In this document: positions 29,052 to 39,269 of the stretch, in pieces
How the letters are laid out: each line of letters begins with the position of its first letter
How positions within the stretch are numbered: position 1 is the stretch's first letter
Assembly: GCA_021399345.1 (NCBI GenBank)
Contig: JAAFKI010000094.1
Coordinates: 32,001 to 96,000, forward strand
From: Candidatus Heimdallarchaeota archaeon
GTDB taxonomy: Archaea > Asgardarchaeota > Heimdallarchaeia > Heimdallarchaeales > Heimdallarchaeaceae
Reading direction: 5' to 3'
Length of the DNA: 64,000 nucleotides
The notes under the pieces: model-generated
Database searches by the model: none
What the model saw: only the letters and a program-made list of their open reading frames with translations
Told to the model about the DNA's origin: nothing
Made by a program: the position numbers and the translations under genes

Positions 29052-30998
29052 ATGAAGATAGGAGTTTACGTATGCGAATGTGGTATTAATATTAGTGCTA
29101 CAGTAAATGTACCTGAAGTTGTAGAGAGAATTAAAACACTCCCGAATGTAGAAAGCAGCCGTTATAGTAAGTACATTTGTTCTGATTCTGGGCAAGAGTT
29201 AATTAGAAAAGACATTAGAGAGCTGAATCTAGATAGAGTTGTGGTTGCTTCTTGTTCTCCTAGAATGCATGAACCAACATTTAGAGGAGTTGTTGAAGAA
29301 GAAGGAATGAATCCATATTGCCTTGAGATGGTTAATATTAGAGAACATGTTTCATGGGTACATTCTGATAAAGAAAGAGCTACAGAGAAAGCAATAAAAC
29401 TAATTTCTGGTGCTGTTGCTAGAGCACAATTTCTCGAACCATTAGAACGTAAGGAAGTAAGTGTTATTCCCAAATCATTGGTTATTGGTGGAGGTATAGC
29501 GGGTATTCAAGCTGCTTTAGAGATTGCAATTGATGGGTTTCAGGTCTATCTTGTTGATCGAAATCCAAGTATTGGCGGAAGAATGGCTCAATTAGATAAG
29601 ACTTTTCCAACCTTAGATTGTTCAGCATGTATTCTGGCACCTAAAATGGTGGATGCTGCAAGACACCCAAATATAGAACTCCTGACCTATTCAGAAATTG
29701 AGAAAGTTGATGGTTATATTGGTAATTTCAAAGTTACAGTCAAAAAGAAACCAAGATATGTAGATATCGAGAAATGTGTTGGGTGTGGACTCTGCGCTGA
29801 AGCATGTAGATTAAAAGGACGAGTTCTTAATGAATTTGATGAGAACCTAAGTAAAAGAAGCGCAATTTATATCCCATTTCCTCAAGCCGTTCCTTTTGTG
29901 TACACTATAGATCCGGAACGTTGCAATATGTTAAAATTTGGGAAATGTGGAGATGAACTACTTTGTGTTGGTGCTTGTGAACAAAATGCAATTAATTTTG
30001 ATCAGAAAGAAGAATTAGTGGAACTAGATGTTGGAACTATTGTTGTTGCAACAGGTTTTGATAATTTTGATCCATCATCAGAATTGAAGTATGGCTATAA
30101 GGAAAATGCAAGCGTAATAACAGGAATGGAATTTGAGAGAATTGTTAACGCTGCAGGTCCTACTGAAGGACATCTTGAAATTAATGGAAAAGAACCTGAG
30201 AATGTAGTATTTATCCAATGTGTTGGTTCTCGAGATAAAGAAGGACATGAATACTGCTCAAGAGTCTGCTGTATGTATACTGCTAAACAAGCACACATGG
30301 TCAGAGATAAATATCCCGATTCAAAAATAGCAGTTTATTTCACAGATGTTAGAGCTTTTGGTAAAGGGTTTGAGGAATTTTATAATAGAGTTAAAGATGA
30401 AGATGTTGAATACAGAAGAAGAGAATTAGATGATCCAATTCAAGTGGTCGGTAATGAAGGAGGAGTAATTGTTAAAGCTGAAGGTCATCCTGACATTCAT
30501 GCAGACTTGGTTGTGTTAGCAACAGGTTTGGTACCTAGAAAGGATAACAAAGAGCTAGCTAGAAAACTTAATATCAGCTTGAGCGCTGACGGTTTCCTTT
30601 TAGAAGCTCATCCAAAGCTCCGTCCTTTAGATACTTTTACAGATGGAATTTTCATAGCAGGTTGTTGTCAGAGTCCTAAAGACATACCAGATACAGTTGC
30701 ACAAGCAAGTGGAGCAGCAGTTAGAGCAGCAGCTCCTTTAGCTCAAGGTAAAGCTCAAGTTGAGGCCATTACTGCTACGATAAATGATGATTTGTGCAGT
30801 GGATGTCGTATTTGTGAGAAACTATGTGCTTATTCTGCTTTAGAATTTTCCAGTGATGATAAAATCATGAAGATAAATGATGTCTTGTGTAAAGGCTGTG
30901 GTTCATGTGCAGCTGCTTGTCCAACGGGTGCAATAAAAATGAAACACTATAGCAATAAGCAAGTCCTTGCTCAAATCGGGGGTATTTTAGCTAAATAG
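29052..30998 (+). CDS. hdrA: heterodisulfide reductase subunit A (flavin-based electron bifurcation)
   Basis: GVYVCECG, ASCSPRMHE, GGGIAG, DKTFPTLDCSACI, QCVGSRD, YCSRVCC and C-terminal ferredoxin. Confidence 0.95.
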   Translation: MKIGVYVCECGINISATVNVPEVVERIKTLPNVESSRYSKYICSDSGQELIRKDIRELNLDRVVVASCSPRMHEPTFRGVVEEEGMNPYCLEMVNIREHVSWVHSDKERATEKAIKLISGAVARAQFLEPLERKEVSVIPKSLVIGGGIAGIQAALEIAIDGFQVYLVDRNPSIGGRMAQLDKTFPTLDCSACILAPKMVDAARHPNIELLTYSEIEKVDGYIGNFKVTVKKKPRYVDIEKCVGCGLCAEACRLKGRVLNEFDENLSKRSAIYIPFPQAVPFVYTIDPERCNMLKFGKCGDELLCVGACEQNAINFDQKEELVELDVGTIVVATGFDNFDPSSELKYGYKENASVITGMEFERIVNAAGPTEGHLEINGKEPENVVFIQCVGSRDKEGHEYCSRVCCMYTAKQAHMVRDKYPDSKIAVYFTDVRAFGKGFEEFYNRVKDEDVEYRRRELDDPIQVVGNEGGVIVKAEGHPDIHADLVVLATGLVPRKDNKELARKLNISLSADGFLLEAHPKLRPLDTFTDGIFIAGCCQSPKDIPDTVAQASGAAVRAAAPLAQGKAQVEAITATINDDLCSGCRICEKLCAYSALEFSSDDKIMKINDVLCKGCGSCAAACPTGAIKMKHYSNKQVLAQIGGILAK

Positions 30999-31010
30999 GA
31001 GAGGAATATT

Positions 31011-34000
31011 ATGAAATTAGGAGTTTACGTATGCGAATGTGGTATTAACATTAGTGCAACAGTTGACGTTGAGAAAGTTGCTGAAGTTGCGAAAGATTTT
31101 CCGAATGTAGAAGTTAGTAGATTTTACAAGTACATGTGTTCAGAACCAGGTCAAGAACTTATCAAACAAGACATTGACAATCTTGGGTTAGATCGTATTG
31201 TAGTAGCTTCTTGTTCTCCTAGAATGCATGAACCAACATTTAGAGCTGTTGTTGAAGAAAAAGGAATGAATCCATATTGCCTTGAAATGGTTAATATTAG
31301 AGAACAAGATTCATGGGTACATAAAGATAAAGAAAAAGGAACGGAGAAAGCAATTTCATTGGTAAGAAGTGGAGTTCTCAAAGCATCTCTTCTAAAACCT
31401 CTGATTAAGAAAAAAGTAGGGGTAACTCCAAATGCTCTTGTTATAGGTGGTGGAATAGCAGGTATTCAAGCTGCTTTAGATATTGGAAATATGGGTTTTC
31501 ACACATATTTAGTCGAAAAAACACCTAGTATTGGAGGAAGAATGGCTCAATTAGATAAGACTTTTCCAACCTTAGATTGTTCAGCATGTATTTTAACACC
31601 AAAAATGGTAGATGTAGCTCGTCATCCAAATGTAGAGCTTATGACCTATTCTGAGATAGAAAAAGTTGAAGGATTTGCAGGTAATTTCAAAGTTTCAGTA
31701 AAAAAGAAGCCACGTTTTGTAGATGTAAACAAATGTACTGCGTGTGGTGACTGTGTAGAAAATTGTCCTGTAATAGAGCTGGATGATTATAATGAAAATA
31801 TGACGACTAGAAAAGCAATCTACATACCTTTTCCTCAAGCTGTTCCTAAGAAATACGTTATTGCTAAATTAGAGGAATACTCTCCATGTAAAGCAACATG
31901 TCCTGCAAGTAATAATGCTCAAGGATACGTTCAGCTTATAGGAGTGGGAAAATTTAAGGAATCTCTAGAAGTAATCCGCGATAAAAATCCCTTTCCCTCA
32001 GTTTGTGGTAGGGTTTGTCATCATCCTTGTGAAGAGGTTTGTAAAAGAGCCGAAATTGATGAACCTGTATCAATAATGCAATTAAAAAGATTCGCTGCAG
32101 ATTATAACAGATTACATGATGAACCTCCTCCAGAAGTTATAGAACCTACAAAAGAAGAGAAAATAGCTATTATTGGAGCTGGACCTTCAGGACTTTCCTG
32201 TGCTATTAGATTACTTGAGCAAGGATATCCTGTAACTGTCTATGATGAAGCAGATATACCTGGGGGGATTATGACAAGTTGTCTTCCTTCTTATCGTCTT
32301 CCTCCAGATTTAGCATTATATGATATAAACCGATTATTAGACCAAGGAATAGATTTGATAAAAAACATTAAAGTTGGAAAAGATATTTCTTTTGATGAAA
32401 TTAAGAATAAGTATGATGCTGTCTTCGTAGGAATTGGAGCTCAACTCCCTGCTGTTCTAGAAGTTGAAGGATCTGGTGTTTCAGGAATTCTAGAAGGAAT
32501 AACTTTCCTAAAGGATGCGAAAAAGGGGATAAAAACACCAGAATTTGGAGAAAAAATTATTGTTATTGGTGGTGGAAACGTAGCGATGGATAGTGCTAAA
32601 GTTGCACTACGAATGGGAGCAAAAGAAGTCAATGTTGTTTGTCTAGAGACGAGAGATTTAGCTTTGAAAGATAGAATGCCTGCTGACATATGGGAAATAG
32701 AAGAATCAGAAGAGGAAGGTGTAATTTTCTATAATGAACTAGGTCCCAAAAAGATACTTAGCAAGAAAGGAAAAGTTACAGGTTTAGAAACCATAATTTG
32801 TATTTCAGTTTATGAAGAAGATGGTTCATTCAGACCAGAATTTCATGATGATCCTTCTCCTGTTATTGAAGGTGATACTATTATCTTTGCTATAGGACAG
32901 AAATCTGATCTAACAGGTTTTGAGGAAATTGAGACAAATCCTGGTGGTAGAACAATAAAGATTGATCCTATAACCTTTGAAACAAATATTCCAGGAATAT
33001 TTGCAGGGGGAGACATTGTCCCAGGTGTACCATCTGTAGTCAATGCAATAGGAATGGGTGCCGAAGCTGCAATTTCAATTGACAGATATCTACGAAAAGT
33101 TGACATTAAGGAAGGTAGGGTTAGAGATATAACTAAGATAGATTTTGTCAGACTTGATAAAGAGAAACGTCCTAGAGCGAAAATGAAACGCGCTCCTGTT
33201 GAGGAAAGAATAAAGGATTTCCGAGAAATTGATTTAGGATATACTGAGGAAGAAGCTGTTCAAGAGGCACTAAGATGTATCTCTTGTTCGATCTGTTCTG
33301 AATGTATGCAATGTGTTGAAACATGTGAAGCAGAAGCTATAATTCATGATCAAGAAGTTGAATATGTTGAACTAGACATAGGAGCAATAGTTGTTGCAAC
33401 AGGATTTGACAATTATGACCCAAGTAACAAACCTGAATATGGATATGGTCAAACTTCAAATGTTCTTACAGGTATGGAATTTGAAAGATTAGTTTCAGCT
33501 TCAGGACCAACAGTTGGTCATATTGAGATCAATGGAAAAGAACCCGAGAATGTAGTTTTTATCCAATGCGTTGGTTCAAGGGATAAAGAAGGACATAAAT
33601 ACTGCTCAAGAGTCTGCTGTATGTATACAGCTAAACAAGCTCATATGGTAAGAGACAAATTACCAAATTCTAAATTGACTGTTTATAACACAGATGTTAG
33701 AGCATTTGGGAAAGGATTCGAGGAATTCTATAATAGAGTACAAGCTGAAGATGTTGAATACAGAAGAAGAGAATTAGATGATTCAATTCAAGTGGTCGGT
33801 AATGAAAAGGGAGTTATTGTCAAAGCAGAAGGACATCCAGATATTCATGCAGATCTTGTTGTATTAGCAACTGGTTTAATCCCTAGAGAAGATTCCAAAG
33901 AACTATCTAGGTTATTGAATATTAGCATGAGTGAAGATGGATTTTACTTAGAAGCTCATCCAAAGCTCCGACCTGTAGATACTTTTACAGATGGTGTTTT

Positions 34001-34364
34001 CTTAGCAGGATGCTGCCAAAGCCCCAAAGATATACCTGATACAGTAGCTCAAGCTAGTAGTGCTGCATCAAGAGCATGTAATATACTCTCACAAAAAGAA
34101 TTGGAAATAGAAGCAACAATTGCTCATGTTGATGAGAGTTTGTGTAGAGGATGTGGACTCTGCGTTGAATCATGTCCGTATTCAGCAATAGAACTCAAGA
34201 TAATTAATCAATTCGGATACGAAACTGAAGTGGCAAGTGTTAATGAAGCCTTATGTAAAGGATGTGGAAGTTGTGCAGCAGCTTGTTTGAATGGTGCGAT
34301 TAACCATCTTGGATACACTGATCATCAAATACTTGCACAAATAAAAGCATTAGGAGAAAAATAA
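31011..34364 (+). CDS. hdrL: large HdrA-like protein (HdrL) with inserted GltD-like NAD(P)H-binding flavin domain
   Basis: HdrA N- and C-terminal parts flank PCKATCP, VCGRVCHHPCE, GAGPSG and IGGGNVAMD. Confidence 0.9.
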   Translation: MKLGVYVCECGINISATVDVEKVAEVAKDFPNVEVSRFYKYMCSEPGQELIKQDIDNLGLDRIVVASCSPRMHEPTFRAVVEEKGMNPYCLEMVNIREQDSWVHKDKEKGTEKAISLVRSGVLKASLLKPLIKKKVGVTPNALVIGGGIAGIQAALDIGNMGFHTYLVEKTPSIGGRMAQLDKTFPTLDCSACILTPKMVDVARHPNVELMTYSEIEKVEGFAGNFKVSVKKKPRFVDVNKCTACGDCVENCPVIELDDYNENMTTRKAIYIPFPQAVPKKYVIAKLEEYSPCKATCPASNNAQGYVQLIGVGKFKESLEVIRDKNPFPSVCGRVCHHPCEEVCKRAEIDEPVSIMQLKRFAADYNRLHDEPPPEVIEPTKEEKIAIIGAGPSGLSCAIRLLEQGYPVTVYDEADIPGGIMTSCLPSYRLPPDLALYDINRLLDQGIDLIKNIKVGKDISFDEIKNKYDAVFVGIGAQLPAVLEVEGSGVSGILEGITFLKDAKKGIKTPEFGEKIIVIGGGNVAMDSAKVALRMGAKEVNVVCLETRDLALKDRMPADIWEIEESEEEGVIFYNELGPKKILSKKGKVTGLETIICISVYEEDGSFRPEFHDDPSPVIEGDTIIFAIGQKSDLTGFEEIETNPGGRTIKIDPITFETNIPGIFAGGDIVPGVPSVVNAIGMGAEAAISIDRYLRKVDIKEGRVRDITKIDFVRLDKEKRPRAKMKRAPVEERIKDFREIDLGYTEEEAVQEALRCISCSICSECMQCVETCEAEAIIHDQEVEYVELDIGAIVVATGFDNYDPSNKPEYGYGQTSNVLTGMEFERLVSASGPTVGHIEINGKEPENVVFIQCVGSRDKEGHKYCSRVCCMYTAKQAHMVRDKLPNSKLTVYNTDVRAFGKGFEEFYNRVQAEDVEYRRRELDDSIQVVGNEKGVIVKAEGHPDIHADLVVLATGLIPREDSKELSRLLNISMSEDGFYLEAHPKLRPVDTFTDGVFLAGCCQSPKDIPDTVAQASSAASRACNILSQKELEIEATIAHVDESLCRGCGLCVESCPYSAIELKIINQFGYETEVASVNEALCKGCGSCAAACLNGAINHLGYTDHQILAQIKALGEK

Positions 34365-34367
34365 AGG

Positions 34368-34862
34368 TTGAGATCAATAATAATAGGATTAGGAAACCCT
34401 ATAGTAGGAGACGATGCTATTGGCATCAAAGTTATGGAGCACATTAGGGACACGTTTTCTCCTATAAAAAATACTGAAATCTTGGCTGATATATCTATTG
34501 CAGGTTTGGGGTTAGTGGAATTGATTCGAGGATATGACAGCGTTATACTTGTAGATTCAATTCAAACAGGAAAGAATTCAGTAGGAACAGTAATACAGCT
34601 TCGACCTGAAGAATTTTCACTTGCTTCACATACTTCGCATTATCACAACATAGATATCTTTACAGCTTTGGAATTTAGTAATCAAATATATGACGATGTT
34701 CCAAAGGATATCAAAATCATCGGGATAGAAATCATGAATCCTATGGAGTTTAGTGATGAATTATCATTTGAACTCCAAAATAAGTTTGAAGGAATCGTTA
34801 ATCAAGTTTATCAAACAATCATTCAAGAATTAAAAGAGGAAATAACAGCAAATATCGTATGA
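34368..34862 (+). CDS. hydrogenase maturation endopeptidase
   Basis: IIGLGNPIVGDDAIG, LVDS and SHYH. TTG start. Confidence 0.88.
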   Translation: MRSIIIGLGNPIVGDDAIGIKVMEHIRDTFSPIKNTEILADISIAGLGLVELIRGYDSVILVDSIQTGKNSVGTVIQLRPEEFSLASHTSHYHNIDIFTALEFSNQIYDDVPKDIKIIGIEIMNPMEFSDELSFELQNKFEGIVNQVYQTIIQELKEEITANIV

Positions 34863-34901
34863 AGATAACAAATTCAGTATAAATAATAAAGGAGAAAAAA
34901 A

Positions 34902-35318
34902 ATGGAAGATTATGAACCCAATATTATCGGCTTTCTATGTAATTGGTGCGCATATGCTGGCGCCGATCTAGCTGGAACTAGTAGAATTAAATACCCGCCT
35001 AACATTAAAATAATCCGAGTCATGTGTTCAGGGAGAATTGATCCAGTATTTGTTCTAGAATCATTTAGAAAAGGAGCAGATGGCGTATTAATCGGAGCTT
35101 GTCATTTTGGTGAGTGCCACTATAAATCTGGAAATCATAAAGCTAGTCGACGAATAAAACTCACAAAGAAATTTTTGGAAGAGATGGGAATTAATCCTAA
35201 TAGAGTTAGATTTGAGTTTGTCTCTGCCTCAGAAGGACATAAATTTGCAGAAGTTGTAACAGAATTTGTAGACGAACTAAAAAAACTTGGCCCTCTTTCT
35301 CTACAGCTGATTCAATAA
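34902..35318 (+). CDS. mvhD: second MvhD [2Fe-2S] subunit
   Basis: FLCNWCAYAGADLAG, MCSGRID and ACHFGECHY. GGAG SD upstream. Confidence 0.93.
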   Translation: MEDYEPNIIGFLCNWCAYAGADLAGTSRIKYPPNIKIIRVMCSGRIDPVFVLESFRKGADGVLIGACHFGECHYKSGNHKASRRIKLTKKFLEEMGINPNRVRFEFVSASEGHKFAEVVTEFVDELKKLGPLSLQLIQ

Positions 35319-35497
35319 CTTAAGGTAATTGTTATAGATATAAATCACCAGTTTTTTACCTATATATTTCTGTTATTTTTATAACCTTACTTTTGTTTAA
35401 TTAGCGTCATCAACATTAGTATAGGCATGCTCAGACAATTACATTTATAGTATAATGCTTTGAGTTTGATACAATTTTGAAAAAAATCGGTGAACCT

Positions 35498-37207
35498 ATG
35501 ACTAAAAAAGTGTTGATTGTTGGTGGAGTGGCTGGTGGAGCTTCAACTGCTGCAAGACTAAGAAGACTAGAAGAAACTACAGAAATAGTTATGCTAGAAA
35601 AAGGACCATTTGTATCTTTCGCAAATTGTGGATTACCATATTATGTGGGAAAAGTGATTAAAGAAAAAGAAACATTGGAAGTAATGAAACCTGGTGATTT
35701 CAGAACTAAATTCAATATTGATGTTAGAACTAACTCTGAAGTATTATCAATTAATAGAGAGAAAAAACAGGTTATTGTTAAGAATCATAAAACAGAAGAA
35801 GAATACTCTCTTGATTATGACAATCTAGTTTTATCTCCTGGAGCTGAATGTTTAAGACCCAATTTTAAAGGGATAAACGACGTTCCTGTATTTACATTAA
35901 GAAACATTCCAGATACCTTGGCTATAGAGGATTTCATAACAAAGAATAATCCAACTACAGCTGTTGTTATCGGTGGAGGATATGTTGGCTTAGAGATGGC
36001 AGAAAATCTTTCTTTTAGAGGAATAAGAGTATCTTTAATTGAACTTCTTGATCAAGTTATGCCTACAATGGATAAAGATATGGCTCAATTTATAAACAAT
36101 GAAATAGTATTGAACCGTATTCAACTTATTCTCGGTGATGGTGTTAAATCCTTTAGCAAAACTAATTCAGGAAGTAAGAAATACATAGTTGCTACTCAAA
36201 GTGGGAAGAAATTAGAAACAGATTTGATTATTCTTTGTATTGGAGTAAGACCTCAAACTGAATTAGCTAAAGGTTGTGATCTAGAACTTACTGAACGTGG
36301 ATATATTGTTGTTAATGACAATATGAAGACATCTGATCCTGCTATATATGCTGTAGGTGATGCAATTCAAATTACCAACCTTATAACACATAAAAAAACT
36401 GCAGTACCTTTAGCTGGACCTGCAAATCGTCAGGGGAGAATTGCTGCTGATAACATAGCTGGAAGAGATTCAAAGTATAAGGGAGCATTAGGTACAGCAG
36501 TACTGCAAGTATTTAGTAAAACAGCTGCACAAACAGGTTTAACTGAAAGACAACTGAATGCCCTAGAAATAGAGTATGAAAAAATCTATGTTCATCCCAA
36601 AAACCATGCTGGGTATTATCCAGAAGCACAAGCTATAGCAATGAAATTGATTTTCGATAAGAAAAATGGAAAAATCTTGGGAGCTCAAGCTGTAGGAGGA
36701 CCTGGAACTGAAAAAAGGATAGATGTATTATCAACTGTTATCTACTTCGGTGGAACAGTATACGATTTACAAGATCTTGAATTGTGTTATGCTCCTCCAT
36801 TTAGTTGCGCAAGAGATTGTGTTAACATGGCTGGTTTTGTTGCTTCTAATGTTCATTCTGGTGAAGTGAAGTTGTGTCAATGGAATGAAACTGAAGAACT
36901 CAAATCAAATGGAGGAATCATAGTAGATGTAAGACCACCTGAAACTTTTGAGGAAGGACATATTGAAGATTCAATTAATATCCCCCTAGGTCAGCTAAGA
37001 TCTAGACTAGATGAACTTCCAAAGGATAAACAAATTTGTGTGCATTGTCAAGTTGGATTTTCATCTTATCTTGCATACAGAATTCTTACTCAAAATGGTT
37101 TCAATGTGATTAACCTTACTGGTGGATATGATACATACCAAATCTCCAATTTACCACCTGGTGGTCATGTAGGGGAACTCAAACCCTTTTCAGATCAAGG
37201 TTGTTAA
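35498..37207 (+). CDS. CoA-disulfide/persulfide reductase with C-terminal rhodanese domain (CoADR-RHD / Npsr-like)
   Basis: GGVAGGAS, SFANCGLPYY (redox Cys), GGGYVGLE, YAPPF and rhodanese VHCQVG. Start placed at ATG 35498 behind a GGTGA SD. Confidence 0.92.
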   Translation: MTKKVLIVGGVAGGASTAARLRRLEETTEIVMLEKGPFVSFANCGLPYYVGKVIKEKETLEVMKPGDFRTKFNIDVRTNSEVLSINREKKQVIVKNHKTEEEYSLDYDNLVLSPGAECLRPNFKGINDVPVFTLRNIPDTLAIEDFITKNNPTTAVVIGGGYVGLEMAENLSFRGIRVSLIELLDQVMPTMDKDMAQFINNEIVLNRIQLILGDGVKSFSKTNSGSKKYIVATQSGKKLETDLIILCIGVRPQTELAKGCDLELTERGYIVVNDNMKTSDPAIYAVGDAIQITNLITHKKTAVPLAGPANRQGRIAADNIAGRDSKYKGALGTAVLQVFSKTAAQTGLTERQLNALEIEYEKIYVHPKNHAGYYPEAQAIAMKLIFDKKNGKILGAQAVGGPGTEKRIDVLSTVIYFGGTVYDLQDLELCYAPPFSCARDCVNMAGFVASNVHSGEVKLCQWNETEELKSNGGIIVDVRPPETFEEGHIEDSINIPLGQLRSRLDELPKDKQICVHCQVGFSSYLAYRILTQNGFNVINLTGGYDTYQISNLPPGGHVGELKPFSDQGC

Positions 37208-37278
37208 TTCAACCTTTACTTACTTTTTATTTTTCAAAGGAGAAGATTTTTGTATGAGCTAGCTTTGTCTCTATTGTC

Positions 37279-38262
37279 ATGGTAGGCATACTAGTTACAG
37301 GTGCATCTGGATGTACAGGAATAGGCGTTTTACACTACCTTAAGGCAAAAGGTTATTCCAACATATATGGTATGGTAAGAAAAACTCCTCCAGATCCTTT
37401 ACCAAATGTTAATTATGTAACTGGTGACTTAACAGATAAACAATCAATTATTAAAATTCTAAAAGAAAATGAAATTGACACAATCTGGCATCTTGCAGCT
37501 GCTGTTCACAGAAATGTTAAGAAAAGGAATTTTGCCAAAGTAAATTTTGAAGGAACGAACAACATTATTCAAGCAGCTGTTGATTATGGAGTTAAGTCAA
37601 TTGTTTTTGCAAGCACAACTGCTGTTTATGGAAAAATTATTGAGTCTCCAGCATCAGAAAATCATCCAATCAAACCTAAAGGTCTTTATGCAAAATCAAA
37701 ATTAAATGCTGAAGTTTTGATAAAACTGATGTGTGAAAAGAATGGGATTAAAGGAAGTATCTTACGTATTCCTTTAATTTTGGGAAAACATGATCGTCAT
37801 TTCTATCCAGTAATAAGAAAGTTGGTAAAAACAAATATCATGCCTATTTTAGGAGATACCACACATGAAGTTTCAATAGTTCACCCATATGATATAGGTC
37901 AGGCTTTTGAGATTCTAAATCAAAATGGTAAAGAAGAAATTGAATGTTATAATATTGTTTCATGTAATAGATCATTCAAAGATTTGATACTAGTTATGGA
38001 GAAACATCTTGTTGGGAAAAAGAGATTCAAATATAATCTTCCTTACCCAATATTCTATGTAGGAGTTTGGATGTTTGAAAGGATTCACTGGTTCTTCTCA
38101 CCAAGGAAGCAACCATTAATCAATCGTGAATATGCAAGAATGGTGGGGAAAGAATGGATTTTCGCTACTGATAAACTTGAGCAGTTAGGGTATACCCCCA
38201 TGATGAATCTTGAAGAAATTGTAAAAGATACCGTTTTTGATGAAATATATCCTGTTCCATAG
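37279..38262 (+). CDS. NAD-dependent epimerase/dehydratase (extended SDR)
   Basis: VTGASGCTG, HLAA and YAKSK. Confidence 0.88.
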   Translation: MVGILVTGASGCTGIGVLHYLKAKGYSNIYGMVRKTPPDPLPNVNYVTGDLTDKQSIIKILKENEIDTIWHLAAAVHRNVKKRNFAKVNFEGTNNIIQAAVDYGVKSIVFASTTAVYGKIIESPASENHPIKPKGLYAKSKLNAEVLIKLMCEKNGIKGSILRIPLILGKHDRHFYPVIRKLVKTNIMPILGDTTHEVSIVHPYDIGQAFEILNQNGKEEIECYNIVSCNRSFKDLILVMEKHLVGKKRFKYNLPYPIFYVGVWMFERIHWFFSPRKQPLINREYARMVGKEWIFATDKLEQLGYTPMMNLEEIVKDTVFDEIYPVP

Positions 38263-38319
38263 AATAAACATATTTCTTACTCACAAAACTTTTGAAGAAG
38301 TCCAATAGATTCCATTTTA

Positions 38320-39204
38320 ATGAGTACTGAAATAATTTCTATTACAGAAGATTGTATAGGATGTGGAAGCTGTTCAAATGTTTGTCCTAGATATGTTTTT
38401 GATATAGTTGATAAGAAAGCTGTAACTAATCAAAATCTGTTCCGATGTCATGACTGTGGCCATTGCATCTCTGTATGTTCGGAAAATGCGATAATTAATC
38501 ACAGAATGATAGAAAAATCTTTGGATGAAGATTTCCCAAAGAAAGGAAAAACTTTATCTTACGATCAAATCCTAGAAACAATTCGTCAAAGAAGATCTAT
38601 TAGATATTTTTCAGATAAAAAAGTAACCAAAGAACAAATAAAACAGCTGATAGATTTAGGAAGATATGCTCCCACAGGACATAATGACAGAAAAGTTTCT
38701 TATACAATAATCAATGATAGAAAGGAACTTGAATATCTCCTTGATTCTATGATTGAACTTTTCAAGAAACTCAAAAAACAGCTGAATAGTATATTCTGGA
38801 ATGTTCTTGCTGTGTTAGCTGGTAAAAAGAAATTCTTCGACAAAGCTAGGAAAAGTCTTTATCGTTTAGAGAGCCATATTGAGCATTGGGAAAAAGGTAT
38901 AGACAAAGTTCTACATTATTCATCTACTCTATTGCTGATTCATGCAGATAATGAGACTTCTTCTCCAATTGAAGATTGTAACATAGCTGCTCAGAATATC
39001 GCTCTAGGAGCAATAACTCTTGGTTTAGGTGCTACATTTATAGGTTATGTTCAAAAGAGTTGGGAGAATTCTAAGAGAATTAGAGCGATAATTAACCTAC
39101 CAGATAAACATACTCTTCATGCTTGTTTAGCTGTAGGATATCCAAAAAATAATTACAGAAGATTAATTCCAAGACCAGTTGCAGAAGTAACTTACTTGAG
39201 ATAG
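38320..39204 (+). CDS. nitroreductase-family protein with N-terminal 2x[4Fe-4S] ferredoxin
   Basis: CIGCGSCSNVCP, CHDCGHCISVC, RRSIRYF, YAPTGHN and VGYP. Confidence 0.9.
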   Translation: MSTEIISITEDCIGCGSCSNVCPRYVFDIVDKKAVTNQNLFRCHDCGHCISVCSENAIINHRMIEKSLDEDFPKKGKTLSYDQILETIRQRRSIRYFSDKKVTKEQIKQLIDLGRYAPTGHNDRKVSYTIINDRKELEYLLDSMIELFKKLKKQLNSIFWNVLAVLAGKKKFFDKARKSLYRLESHIEHWEKGIDKVLHYSSTLLLIHADNETSSPIEDCNIAAQNIALGAITLGLGATFIGYVQKSWENSKRIRAIINLPDKHTLHACLAVGYPKNNYRRLIPRPVAEVTYLR

Positions 39205-39269
39205 AAACTTTGTACGTATCCATAAAAAGAGATAGATTTTAATAACACAATTAAAGCTTTTAAGGTGAT

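Noticed and set aside
23263-35318. Selenocysteine versions of HdrA/MvhD/MvhA (known in some Asgard and methanogen genomes)
   Set aside because: All ORFs are uninterrupted, with Cys at the relevant motifs (DCSAC, CNWC, DPCFAC). There is no in-frame TGA and no split VhuU-like peptide.
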